Shown here: piece after piece, positions 9,506 to 18,250 of the stretch | Layout of the letters: every line of letters begins with the position of its first letter | Numbering within the stretch: the stretch's first letter is position 1 | Source: a virus | Taxonomy: Duplodnaviria; Heunggongvirae; Uroviricota; Caudoviricetes | Length of the DNA: 64,000 nt | Strand: one strand, 5' to 3' | IMG/VR virus record: IMGVR_UViG_3300037466_001520 | Notes under the pieces: generated by a model | Seen by the model: the letters and a program-made list of their open reading frames with translations, nothing else | What the model was told of the DNA's origin: nothing | Databases searched by the model: none | Program-made: the position numbers and the translations under genes

Positions 9506-9744
9506 GGGCATGAGGGCCACCGTTTTATTTTTCTCGCCGGAGGAGCTTTCGAGGCCTTCGAGGGATCTGGCCGAGGATGTTCGGGAGGTCGCGGACTGGA
9601 TCGGCCATGAGGTCCGGAAGGAGTGCGAAGAGGTCCGGAGGAGCTTGGAAGGGCTCCGAGAGGGCCTCGCGCAGAAAAATACGACGGTGGCGATTCGGGC
9701 GGATCCCAGTGATTGCAAGGGATCGGTCGGGATCTGCCACCGGT

Positions 9745-9862
9745 TTTAGAAAACCGCCATGTCAGGTTCTAGAAGAGAACATACTACTATACTACTTTAC
9801 TTTAAACTATTAAGAGATAGTAATACAGGCTCCTCTAGAAGCTGACATGGCGGTTTTCTAAA
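9745..9862. repeat. 33-bp inverted repeat (2 mismatches) flanking a 52-bp core of about 25% GC; origin-like
   Basis: arms 9745-9777 and 9830-9862. Confidence 0.85.
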
Positions 9863-10009
9863 GACGGTGAGGGTCCTCTGGAGGAGGGCTCTTCGACTAC
9901 CCTCTGGGCTGTCAACTGCGGAGGGTAGTCCGGGATTGTTGCGCTACGTCCGGGACGGTCTTAAGCATCTCGGTTTGACACTGTAGATAGTGTCGCGTAG
10001 ACTAAGAGC

Positions 10010-10459
10010 ATGAACAAGATCGAAGAGCTTATCGCCCGCAAAGAGGACGCGATCACCAAGACGACTGCCAAGTCCGGAGAGACCCAGAAGACCATCGAGC
10101 GTAAGCTCCGCATCATCTCCGAGCACGAGGCAAAGATCGACAAGCTCAGGTCTGACATCGAGGAGAAGCAGGACACCCTCGCCGAGCAGCGGAGGTATAC
10201 CGAAGGCCAGCGCGAGGTGCTCGCACGTCTGGAGCACGAGCTTGAGGTCTTCACCTCCATCGAGGAGAAGATCGCCACGGCGCAGCGGATCTTCGCGGAG
10301 TTCTCGGATATCGTCTCGGCGAACCCCAAGGCCAAGCGCGACGGGACGGAGGTGGAGGGGTACTCCTACGACCGAGTCCTCGCCGAGCTGGACAGCCTCT
10401 ACCGGATCAAGACCGACACCGAGAACACCGCGCAGTCCATCTACTACGGGAAGCGCTGA
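10010..10459 (+). CDS. coiled-coil protein
   Basis: TTGACA promoter near 9976; heptad pattern. Confidence 0.7.
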   Translation: MNKIEELIARKEDAITKTTAKSGETQKTIERKLRIISEHEAKIDKLRSDIEEKQDTLAEQRRYTEGQREVLARLEHELEVFTSIEEKIATAQRIFAEFSDIVSANPKAKRDGTEVEGYSYDRVLAELDSLYRIKTDTENTAQSIYYGKR

Positions 10460-10848
10460 TGCCCAAGATCGCGACAATGCCTGTCGGGCTCTGGACTGAC
10501 GGCGAGCAGTGGATGTGGAACGAGACCGAGAAGTGCGCCCGGGTGCTCAACGGAGTCAAGCGGAGCGCATCGGCCAACCTGAGGTACGTGCACGAGGAGC
10601 TTGAGGAGGCCATGCGGAACCTGCACCTCCCACTCCGGAGATGCCGAGAAGCACTCAAGCGATACGGCGAGATCAATGCCCGCAGGGCTTATCCCGGATG
10701 GGCCGCGCAGCATCCCGAGGAGGCCGCAGGCTGGGATCAGGAGCAGAAGGACGTCAGGGAGCGCTGGGCTCGGGCGATCATCGAGGCCATCGACGCGACA
10801 GGCCCGCTTAGCAACACGTACGTGAACGCAGTGAAGGACGAGAAGTGA
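10459..10848 (+). CDS. hypothetical protein
   Basis: TGATG coupling. Confidence 0.65.
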   Translation: MPKIATMPVGLWTDGEQWMWNETEKCARVLNGVKRSASANLRYVHEELEEAMRNLHLPLRRCREALKRYGEINARRAYPGWAAQHPEEAAGWDQEQKDVRERWARAIIEAIDATGPLSNTYVNAVKDEK

Positions 10849-11204
10849 GCGAAGAGAAGGCAGGCCGCAAGCAGAGCGAGATGGTGGCCGAGGTTCTGGA
10901 GAAGCGCCTCACCATGCTCGACACCCTCAACGAGGTCTTCGCCAAGACGCGCGTCCACTACAAAAAGCAGGAGGTCCAGAAGAGGATCGACATGCTCGAA
11001 GAGCAGACCGACCAGCTAGTCGCGTGGATGCGAGAGCTGAAGGATCTGGAGGACGTACCGCTCCCGGAGGGTCGGACCAAGGCCGAGCTAGCCATCCGCA
11101 GCCACAACGTCGGTGATCGGAGAAGAATCATGGAAGTGTTCCGCATCCGCGAGAAGAAGTGGAAGGCCGAGGACAAGAGATACAAGCGAGAGGTAGGGGC
11201 ATGA
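10845..11204 (+). CDS. hypothetical coiled-coil protein
   Basis: GTGA coupling. Confidence 0.65.
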   Translation: MSEEKAGRKQSEMVAEVLEKRLTMLDTLNEVFAKTRVHYKKQEVQKRIDMLEEQTDQLVAWMRELKDLEDVPLPEGRTKAELAIRSHNVGDRRRIMEVFRIREKKWKAEDKRYKREVGA

Positions 11205-11680
11205 TGAACTGGTTCAAGAAGAAGCAGCCTCAGGAGATCAAGGTCTACGGTGTGGACGACGCCATCGCCGACATGCAGGAGATCTACGAGGAGCAGCAGG
11301 CGCAGCAGCGCCCCGTCTCGGAGCTGGTCGCGGTCAAGCAGGAGAACGCGCGGAAGAATGCAGCGAGCCACCGAGAGGCAGCGTCGGAGCTGAGGGCGCT
11401 GGCGGCGAAGTCGCAGACCCGCTTCGGCGTGGTGCCGAAGGAGTTCTCGCACGAGCGCGCCGAGGTCCGCATGAAGGCGGCACGCGAGTGGGACGAGACA
11501 GCCGAGAAGTGGACGCTCACGCTGGAGCGCACGATCAAGATCGAGGCCGCTCTGGCTGAGCTGGGCGAGGAGGACGAGAAGCTCCGGAATGCGTTCGAGC
11601 GGGAGCTGTCCCTGATCCGCGACAAGGTCGACCCGTGGCACGACCGCTACAAGAGGATGCGCCCCGGCTACACGTGCTAG
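11201..11680 (+). CDS. hypothetical coiled-coil protein
   Basis: ATGA coupling. Confidence 0.65.
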   Translation: MMNWFKKKQPQEIKVYGVDDAIADMQEIYEEQQAQQRPVSELVAVKQENARKNAASHREAASELRALAAKSQTRFGVVPKEFSHERAEVRMKAAREWDETAEKWTLTLERTIKIEAALAELGEEDEKLRNAFERELSLIRDKVDPWHDRYKRMRPGYTC

Positions 11681-11725
11681 TGTCCGGACATGATAGACTC
11701 TGCGTATATTAGCCCGGAGGACATC

Positions 11726-12286
11726 ATGGACGAATACGAAGAGGACGAAGGTCCCGACTACGGAATCGAGCTAGGCGACACTGTCGTGATCGAGACCGAG
11801 GGCAACGTCATGGCCGGGACGTTCATGGTCGTGTCGATGCTCGGACTGCACCTGAGGATGACCCACGAGGCGGCGGACGTTGCCGGTGAGCTGTCGGACG
11901 AGGCGGTGGAGAAGATCCGCGAGGGCATCGAGGATCTGGACGACTTCGAGCTGATCCGGATGGGCGTTGACCTCGGGATCGAGGAGCCGTGGAAGCTGAG
12001 CCAGAGCGTGCTCAAGGCCGCACTCGGCGCGATCTGCGTGAGGGACGCCACACCTGAGCCGACGACGGCGCTCGTGGCGAAGAAGAACCCGATCACGAGG
12101 ATCATCCCGCTTGAGACCATCGTCACCATCGACCTGTTCTCGGACTGGCGCAGCGATGCGATCCTCGAAGGGCTCGACTTCGAGCCGAACTTGGATGACG
12201 AAGAAGACGACGAGGAAGAGATCGAAGATGACGAAGAAGAAGACGTGGAAGAGCTTGACGATAGTCCTGTGGCTGAGCAGCCGTAA
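11726..12286 (+). CDS. highly acidic hypothetical protein
   Basis: GGAGG RBS; poly-D/E tail. Confidence 0.7.
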   Translation: MDEYEEDEGPDYGIELGDTVVIETEGNVMAGTFMVVSMLGLHLRMTHEAADVAGELSDEAVEKIREGIEDLDDFELIRMGVDLGIEEPWKLSQSVLKAALGAICVRDATPEPTTALVAKKNPITRIIPLETIVTIDLFSDWRSDAILEGLDFEPNLDDEEDDEEEIEDDEEEDVEELDDSPVAEQP

Positions 12287-12385
12287 AGACTGGGGCGAGA
12301 CCCCGTTGTGGTTCAAGCGGAGCGATGCACTGAACTACAACACGTTCTGGGTAGGGCCGGTCTGCCTCGCGTTCGGTCGGGACTG

Positions 12386-12604
12386 ATGGGCGATCTGTTC
12401 TGGAACGGTCAGGCCGTCGAGGAGCCCACGCTGTTCGAGGTCGAGATGCCGATGAGCGTGTGCGAGAAGTGCGAGCGCATGGTGCCTGCTGGCGAGACTC
12501 GATGCTGGATCCACTCGGAGGTGTTCGACCCGGTGGTCGACTACCTGATGGGGGTCGAGGGCGAGACGGTTCAGGACGAGGGGCTCGCAGGGATCGTCTT
12601 GTAG
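12386..12604 (+). CDS. hypothetical protein (CEKC...C..H)
   Basis: ORF track plus in-frame ATG. Confidence 0.5.
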   Translation: MGDLFWNGQAVEEPTLFEVEMPMSVCEKCERMVPAGETRCWIHSEVFDPVVDYLMGVEGETVQDEGLAGIVL

Positions 12605-12709
12605 GTTTCTAACATATACACTTGTCAAAATATCGGTACACCCATAGTACCGAATTTGACACTGTATACTTTAGTCGTATCCCATAGTAAGACCTAGCCA
12701 AGGTAAGTC

Positions 12710-13270
12710 ATGGATTCCGACGAAGAGCTACCCGACATTGACCCAGACGGCAACCCCGTCAAGTACTCCGCGCTACAGCAGGACGCCATTGTCCCTGCCG
12801 GTTGGAAGCCGACCGTCGCGCACCCAGTCCCACCGATGCGCTGCACCGGAACCGTGCGCTCGGGTGTCCGCGAAGGACAGCGCTGCGGACGCTGGAGCAT
12901 CGAAGGCCACGACAAGTGCATCGTGCACGGTGGCAACCTGCCGAACGTCAAGGAAGCCGCGCGCAAGCACGTCGAGGCTGCACGCCTCCGACTGATCGGT
13001 GGGGCGGACGATGCCATCGACACCCTGTTCGAACTCATGTCCAGCTCGCAGACCGCTGACAACATCAAGCTCGGAGCAGCCAAGGAAATCCTTGACCGAG
13101 CTGGCGTCAAGGGTCCTGCCGAGTTCCACGTCGAGGTCGAGCACAAGGTATCGCCGGTCGACGCCATCCGCGACAAGATTGCAAAAATTGCAAAGCGCCA
13201 AGCCGAGGGTCCGATCCTGCTCGGCGAGACCGAGGGCGAGACCATCGAAGGCGAGGTCGTCGAGGAATGA
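12710..13270 (+). CDS. terminase small subunit-like protein
   Basis: 'RCTG...G..C.R...C..HGG' followed by 'AARLRL...A...L..L....IKLGAAKEILDRAG'. Confidence 0.55.
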   Translation: MDSDEELPDIDPDGNPVKYSALQQDAIVPAGWKPTVAHPVPPMRCTGTVRSGVREGQRCGRWSIEGHDKCIVHGGNLPNVKEAARKHVEAARLRLIGGADDAIDTLFELMSSSQTADNIKLGAAKEILDRAGVKGPAEFHVEVEHKVSPVDAIRDKIAKIAKRQAEGPILLGETEGETIEGEVVEE

Positions 13271-13485
13271 CCGAACAGTTGCAAGAATTGCAGAACCTCG
13301 TCTCGTGGCGGTTCAGTTCGAGCATCCCGGGCTGGGATCCCGAGATCTGCCCCGCGTGTTGGCAGCCGCAGACGAAGGTCTACTGCACTCCGGTGCCCGA
13401 CATCGAGGTCCGCCTGCGTCTCCGTGCGAACGGCCTCGGAGCGTACGCCGGTCCTTGCCATCGGATCGACGTCCCGCTAAACTAG
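13267..13485 (+). CDS. hypothetical protein (CPAC)
   Basis: ATGA coupling. Confidence 0.55.
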   Translation: MTEQLQELQNLVSWRFSSSIPGWDPEICPACWQPQTKVYCTPVPDIEVRLRLRANGLGAYAGPCHRIDVPLN

Positions 13486-13721
13486 ATATGTTTCAGGTAG
13501 GCACTGCAAGCTGCAAGCCGCAGAGACCCCCGAGAGTAGCGGCTCGGGGGTTTTCTGTTTCCCGGGACCTGTGCTAGCCTCGTTAGCGCGTAGCTGGGGA
13601 CGCTTGGTTCGGCCATTGCCTCGCTGGGACCGCTGCGCACGGAGGCCATCCACAACCTTCCCCCGCGTCGTGGATGGCCTCCACTCTTGACGTCAAGTAG
13701 ACAACCGTGTATCATAGAAAC

Positions 13722-13928
13722 ATGATGCAGAAAGCGAAGACCCTCGGGATCGGCCTCGTCCTCGAAGACGGGAGCTGGGGGCAGTACACGATCACCAAGG
13801 TCGAGACCTACAAGGGCTACGACGGACAGGGCCGCGAGTACGAGAGCGTCCTCGTCTGGGCCAAGCAGGGCAAGATCAAGCGGTCATGGACCTTCGGCGC
13901 GGATCAAGAAGTCTACACCGTAGGCTAG
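13722..13928 (+). CDS. hypothetical protein, probably leaderless
   Basis: TTGACG-17-TATCAT promoter ends 6 nt before the ATG. Confidence 0.65.
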   Translation: MMQKAKTLGIGLVLEDGSWGQYTITKVETYKGYDGQGREYESVLVWAKQGKIKRSWTFGADQEVYTVG

Positions 13929-13987
13929 ACAACCGCTGGACAAGGGTATATGCTGAGACTACAGCTCCAGCAGAAAGGTCGAACACT

Positions 13988-14200
13988 ATGAGAAAAGCAA
14001 GTCAGCTAAGAGCAGGGGAGACGCTTCGCCTCGCCAACGGCATCCGCGCGAAGGTCATCGAAGCCGAGCCCTACACGGACCAGCTCACCAAGCTCACGGT
14101 CCAGCTTACCGTCCCCAAGGAGTCGCGTCCAACGTGGATGATCGTCCCGAACGACGACACCTACGAGATCTCCGCTCCGGCTCTGGCGGTGGTCCGATGA
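13988..14200 (+). CDS. small beta-barrel protein ('ASQLRAGE')
   Basis: AAAGG RBS. Confidence 0.6.
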   Translation: MRKASQLRAGETLRLANGIRAKVIEAEPYTDQLTKLTVQLTVPKESRPTWMIVPNDDTYEISAPALAVVR

Positions 14201-14574
14201 GGCCGAAGATCCTGATCACGGGCGACCGCTCCATGCACCCTGTGGTGGCCGTCGACGTCCTCGCACCGGTCCTTGCACGCATCGCCGAGCAGAACCCGGG
14301 CATCACCACCGGGAACCTCATCACCGGGGACCTAGACGGCGTCGAGAGGGCGGCTCGCTACCTCGTGCCGAACATCCGGACCTTCACCTATCCGCGCGAC
14401 TCGGAAGGCCACGTGCTCTTCGAGGAGGCGTTCGAGGATCTCGAAGAGGTGGTGCGGGTCGTTATCCTGCACACAGCTCCGGAGTCAAGCAGAATCCTCA
14501 AGAATGCACTGAATGTCTTCCCGCCAGAGCGCATCTGGCTTCCCCTCGCAGAAGGTGCTACGTTCTCTATGTAG
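14197..14574 (+). CDS. degenerate SLOG/DUF2493-like protein
   Basis: 'KILITGDR' and 'ITGDLDGVERAA' echo SLOG 'xLVTGSR' and 'VHGGARGAD'. Confidence 0.4.
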   Translation: MRPKILITGDRSMHPVVAVDVLAPVLARIAEQNPGITTGNLITGDLDGVERAARYLVPNIRTFTYPRDSEGHVLFEEAFEDLEEVVRVVILHTAPESSRILKNALNVFPPERIWLPLAEGATFSM

Positions 14575-14671
14575 CCGTTGTGCGAACGGAGACAAGGACC
14601 CATCCCGGACCAGCACGTCGGGATGGGTCTTTCCGTTTGACAACCGTGGACCTTGCGAGTAGAATGAGTGT

Positions 14672-14738
14672 AGGTCGTAAGGCCTCCTATCTGAGCTGTT
14701 GGTAGAGAAAAGCCCCCGGGAAACCGGGGGCTTTTCTC
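14672..14738 (+). ncRNA. candidate about 70-nt small RNA
   Basis: TTGACA(14637)-17-TAGAAT(14660), GNRA hairpin, strong terminator, no ORF. Confidence 0.5.
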
Positions 14739-14811
14739 TTTGTGCGAACGGATCCGTCTAGGGTCCAAAGTCCCGATTTGCTCAAGGTAGACAGACAGGG
14801 TAGTCTACATA

Positions 14812-15000
14812 TTGCTACAGGAACTCCCCAACTAGACTTGTAGTAGGACAGTCCCCCGTTGGGTTCTCCCCGGGACCCGGAGCTGGCGGGGGACTGTCCC
14901 TTTCCATTCCAGTGAGCTTACATGGCAGGCCCGACGTCTGACAAATCGGCATGCCAAGAGTGGGTTTAAGGTGCGCCGGAGGAGGGTAACCCTCCTTTTC
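14812..15000 (+). ncRNA. candidate about 190-nt structured RNA
   Basis: TTGCTC(14778)-17-TAGTCT; 13-bp stem 14846-14858/14887-14899; ends in GGAGGGTAACCCTCC+TTTT. Confidence 0.5.
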
Positions 15001-15265
15001 TGCAATTATTGCAAGCTGAGAGTGTCCTCCCAAAAGGAGGGTCACCCTCCTTTTTCAAAAGTTGCAAGCCGAGCACTCCGGCAGCGCTTCATAGGGCCAA
15101 CGCCAAAAGGAGGGTCACCCTCCTTTCTGGAACTCTTGCAAGAATCGCTTCTGGGTCGCTTCTATAGGGGCTTTCCCCAAAGGAGGGTCACCCTCCTTTC
15201 CTGAAAGTTGCAAATGAGACGTTCTGGCGGCGCTCTATAGGGGCTTGGGCTCTCAAAAGTTGCAA
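14980..15265. repeat. 4-unit array of palindromic GGAGGGT(C/A)ACCCTCC + T-tract + TTGCAA, periods 55/73/73
   Basis: cores start at 14981, 15036, 15109, 15182. Confidence 0.85.
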
Positions 15266-15385
15266 GAGTTGAGAAAATACGTCCCCGATTGTTCCAACTA
15301 GCGCTGAACTTGAAACAATCTGACCCCTGACCTTGCAATTCTGCTCGACACTGCGTATGATAGACGAAGAACAGCACGGGAAAGG

Positions 15386-15811
15386 GTGCAAAAGTTGCAA
15401 GATTACCTAGATCTGAGCCTCTGGCGTCAGGTTGACGACGGCGAACACGTCTGGGGTACGCATCTGACAGTGGTGCACAACCCGGATGGCAGCACCCACA
15501 CCTTCCTCAGCACCGACCCCAAGGCGTCCTTCACCTACCACTCCGAGCACTGGATCGCGGACGAGGAGAGCCTCGGACACGAGGTCTACGTGCCCAGACT
15601 GCCTGACACGCGCCCCGGAGCTGTGCTGGAGTTCGATACTGAGGCCGGAGGCGGCTACGCCGTCGCCCAGAACGACGGGCGCTGGAGCCTAGTGCACTTC
15701 TCGGGACGCCCTGCGCTCGCCGGGATCACCACCGAGCAGCTCCTCCGCCAGTTCCCCAGCGAGTTCCGCCTCGCCCTCGGCGGGCGCGACCGCGAGGAGA
15801 CCTCAGCGTGA
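15386..15811 (+). CDS. hypothetical protein
   Basis: TTGCAA-17-TATGAT promoter, AAAGG RBS, GTG start. Confidence 0.6.
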   Translation: MQKLQDYLDLSLWRQVDDGEHVWGTHLTVVHNPDGSTHTFLSTDPKASFTYHSEHWIADEESLGHEVYVPRLPDTRPGAVLEFDTEAGGGYAVAQNDGRWSLVHFSGRPALAGITTEQLLRQFPSEFRLALGGRDREETSA

Positions 15812-16303
15812 GCCTCGACCCCCCGCCCTGCGGGCGAGCTGGCTGGCCTAGCGCTGGCGCTCTGCCTCGCCCTCGTCTTCGTCGCCCTGCTCACGGCCCG
15901 CTAGCCCCAGCAGGTCCCAGCCGGGGTGCCGGTCGCGCCTCAGCCCCAGCTCCGCCCGCTCCGTGCCCGGGGCAGGGCGCAGCCCGAGGCGTGGCCGTGC
16001 CGGGTGGTGGCGTGCGCGGTAGGGCGGGACGCGCCGCACGGGAGCCCACGCGCTCCGGGACTGCCCGGGACGCCGACTCGCGAGCACGGCGAGCACGCCG
16101 AACGCTATCACGCAGGTCGCAAGAAACGCTAGCGTGACAAGTCTCCTTTCTGCCCGGACCTCCCGGGCATACTCCAACGATACACACTTGCCCACCGAGA
16201 ATCAAGCCGAAAATATTTTTGCGCAACGCTTGACAACTGTAGAGCATAGTGCGAAGATTGATTCATCGACGGGGAGATACCCCGACAGACTTAGGAGGTC
16301 ACG

Positions 16304-16609
16304 ATGATCAAGGTTATTTTCGGCGCTCGCGTCACGGATGCTTACGAGACCGTCATGCAGGGCTTCGTGAACCCGGAAAAGCCTTTCGAGCTTCGCTCCG
16401 ACTTTACCCACGTCCCGACCTTCGAGTTCGAGGACATCGACTCGGCTTCGGAATTCGTCGACGACACTCTCGGCGCTACGCATCGCGTGGGACCGGCGCT
16501 CTACGAGGGTGGCATCCTCGAACTGTGGGCCGACGACGAGGACACGGACGACGAGAACGAGGAGACGTGGGAGCGCTTCGCGGTCATCAAGGATCACGAC
16601 GTAGCCTAG
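16304..16609 (+). CDS. acidic hypothetical protein
   Basis: AGGAGG RBS. Confidence 0.75.
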   Translation: MIKVIFGARVTDAYETVMQGFVNPEKPFELRSDFTHVPTFEFEDIDSASEFVDDTLGATHRVGPALYEGGILELWADDEDTDDENEETWERFAVIKDHDVA

Positions 16610-16675
16610 CGCGTTCGCCGGGAGTCTTCGGGCTCCCGGCCCAACTTTGCAAAACTTGCAACTCTAGGAGGAAAC

Positions 16676-16984
16676 ATGGCTAAGGCACTGGGCACTATCT
16701 GGGTATGCGTCGACTGCTACGCCGCGCATCACGGGCTGGAACAGCACGAGACTCCCGACCGGGAGCCGCTGAACCTTATCCCGGACGACTGCGACGTAAC
16801 GTCCGGACTGCTCTACGAGGAGCACGAGGAGGACTGCCTGTTCCACACTCTCGGCCATGACGCGCCGGACGACTACGAGTGCGACTGCGAGCGCATCGAG
16901 TTCAGCAAGTCGCCTTGCGAGGGCTGTGGGTCGCATCTCGCGGGCGAGCGTGAAGCGCTCACACTCTGGGAGCGCGAGGGCTAA
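16676..16984 (+). CDS. Zn-finger protein (CVDC ... CxC ... FSKSPCEGCGS)
   Basis: AGGAGG RBS; paired CxxC. Confidence 0.7.
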   Translation: MAKALGTIWVCVDCYAAHHGLEQHETPDREPLNLIPDDCDVTSGLLYEEHEEDCLFHTLGHDAPDDYECDCERIEFSKSPCEGCGSHLAGEREALTLWEREG

Positions 16985-17224
16985 CGCCGCTGCAAAATTT
17001 GCAAGCCGGGACCGCTGAGCGGTTCCGGCCTTAGGCGTGCCCGCGTTCGGGACCCCCGGGAGGAGCCCAGACTCGGCCTTCCCCCCGACCCCGCTACAGG
17101 GCCGATATCCGCTCGCCGTTGAGCACATAACTAATATCCCACATCCGCGAGTCTTTGTCAACTCTTGCAACTCACTGGAAACTGTGTATCCTAGAACACA
17201 TCACCACTTCCCTAGGAGGACGCA

Positions 17225-17509
17225 ATGACCATTGCAACCGTTGATTACGGCGTCTTGACCGGCTACCCGGAACGCATCGACCCTAGGGAACTGGAAGTGG
17301 GCGACGTGGTTCCTATGGTCACCGAAAACCACATGGTGATGGCTATCCGGCGCTTCGAGGACGATCCTCGCTGGACGGTGCAAGTGACGTGGGAGGACGG
17401 CTCTAGCACGCTCTACAATCAGCGTTGCTTCATCCAGCGACTCGTTCCGGCGCAGGGCTTGCGCAATGCTGAACAACCGTGTATCGTAGAGGTATCAGCA
17501 CAACGGTAG
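17225..17509 (+). CDS. hypothetical protein
   Basis: AGGAGG RBS; C-terminus encoded by the next promoter. Confidence 0.7.
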   Translation: MTIATVDYGVLTGYPERIDPRELEVGDVVPMVTENHMVMAIRRFEDDPRWTVQVTWEDGSSTLYNQRCFIQRLVPAQGLRNAEQPCIVEVSAQR

Positions 17510-17518
17510 GAGGACGCA

Positions 17519-17710
17519 ATGAACGGTTACATCTGCTTCTACAAGGGTCAGCGCACCGAGGTCTACGCGGAGACCACGCTCAAGGCTCAGGACAAGGCGC
17601 GCGAGGAATTCCAGCGCAAGTACCCACGCCGGAAGATCAAGGGCTCTGAGATCAGCGTCAACCTCGCGGAGATCGACGGCGAGACCGTCACGCACACAGC
17701 CGTAGACTGA
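17519..17710 (+). CDS. hypothetical protein ('MNGYICFYKGQRTEVYA')
   Basis: cassette promoter and RBS. Confidence 0.75.
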   Translation: MNGYICFYKGQRTEVYAETTLKAQDKAREEFQRKYPRRKIKGSEISVNLAEIDGETVTHTAVD

Positions 17711-17751
17711 CGCACAATTCTTGCAAGACTTTCAAAACTAGGAGGACCCCC

Positions 17752-17982
17752 ATGGCAAAGACTCCGAAAATCTCCAAGCAAGGTCAGGCAATGCTGGACG
17801 CTCTGAGCTACCTGCTCAGCCTTCCTGACACGTTCCGGCCCGGGATCAACCTTCGGGGCGCAGGACAGTACGCAACGGCGCGAGCGCTCGCTAGGCGCGG
17901 TCTGGTCCAGTACTTCCCCGGAACCGGTCGCATCGAACCTTCGCGCGACATGTACGCGCTAGCATCCGTACTCGGCAAGTAG
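17752..17982 (+). CDS. small basic, winged-helix-like protein
   Basis: AGGAGG RBS; 'TARALARRGLV'. Confidence 0.6.
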   Translation: MAKTPKISKQGQAMLDALSYLLSLPDTFRPGINLRGAGQYATARALARRGLVQYFPGTGRIEPSRDMYALASVLGK

Positions 17983-17991
17983 GAGGATCCC

Positions 17992-18186
17992 ATGGCAGAA
18001 CTTGCAACAATTGCAGAAATCGAGTGCGAGTGCGGGAACCGCGCAGAGCCGGGAGACACCGAGTGCAACTGGTGCGCAGCGGCACGCGCGGAGATCGAAG
18101 AGAACGGCCCGCACGTTGGACACTGGAGCACGTTCGGAACGTACTGGTGCGACACGTGCAACAGCCCGCTCTGCAATCTCATCTAG
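17992..18186 (+). CDS. Cys-rich Zn-binding protein
   Basis: CECG, CNWC, WCDTCNSPLC. Confidence 0.7.
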   Translation: MAELATIAEIECECGNRAEPGDTECNWCAAARAEIEENGPHVGHWSTFGTYWCDTCNSPLCNLI

Positions 18187-18250
18187 AACTTGCGCAACGG
18201 TAGACAACCGTGTAAGCTAAGAACATCAGCAGGGAAACCTAGGAGGAAAC

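Noticed and set aside
9510-9813. short overlapping ORFs before the inverted repeat
   Set aside because: No RBS, atypical codon usage, and overlap with the origin-like element.
14980-15265. CRISPR mini-array
   Set aside because: Intervening sequences resemble each other (TTGCAA, CGCT..ATAGGG), the first period is irregular and no cas genes are present; kept as a binding or terminator array.
15808-16247. several ORFs on both strands in a GC-rich low-complexity stretch
   Set aside because: A minus-strand TTGATT-17-TATCGT promoter exists, but the RBS is followed only by a 3-codon frame; no supportable CDS.
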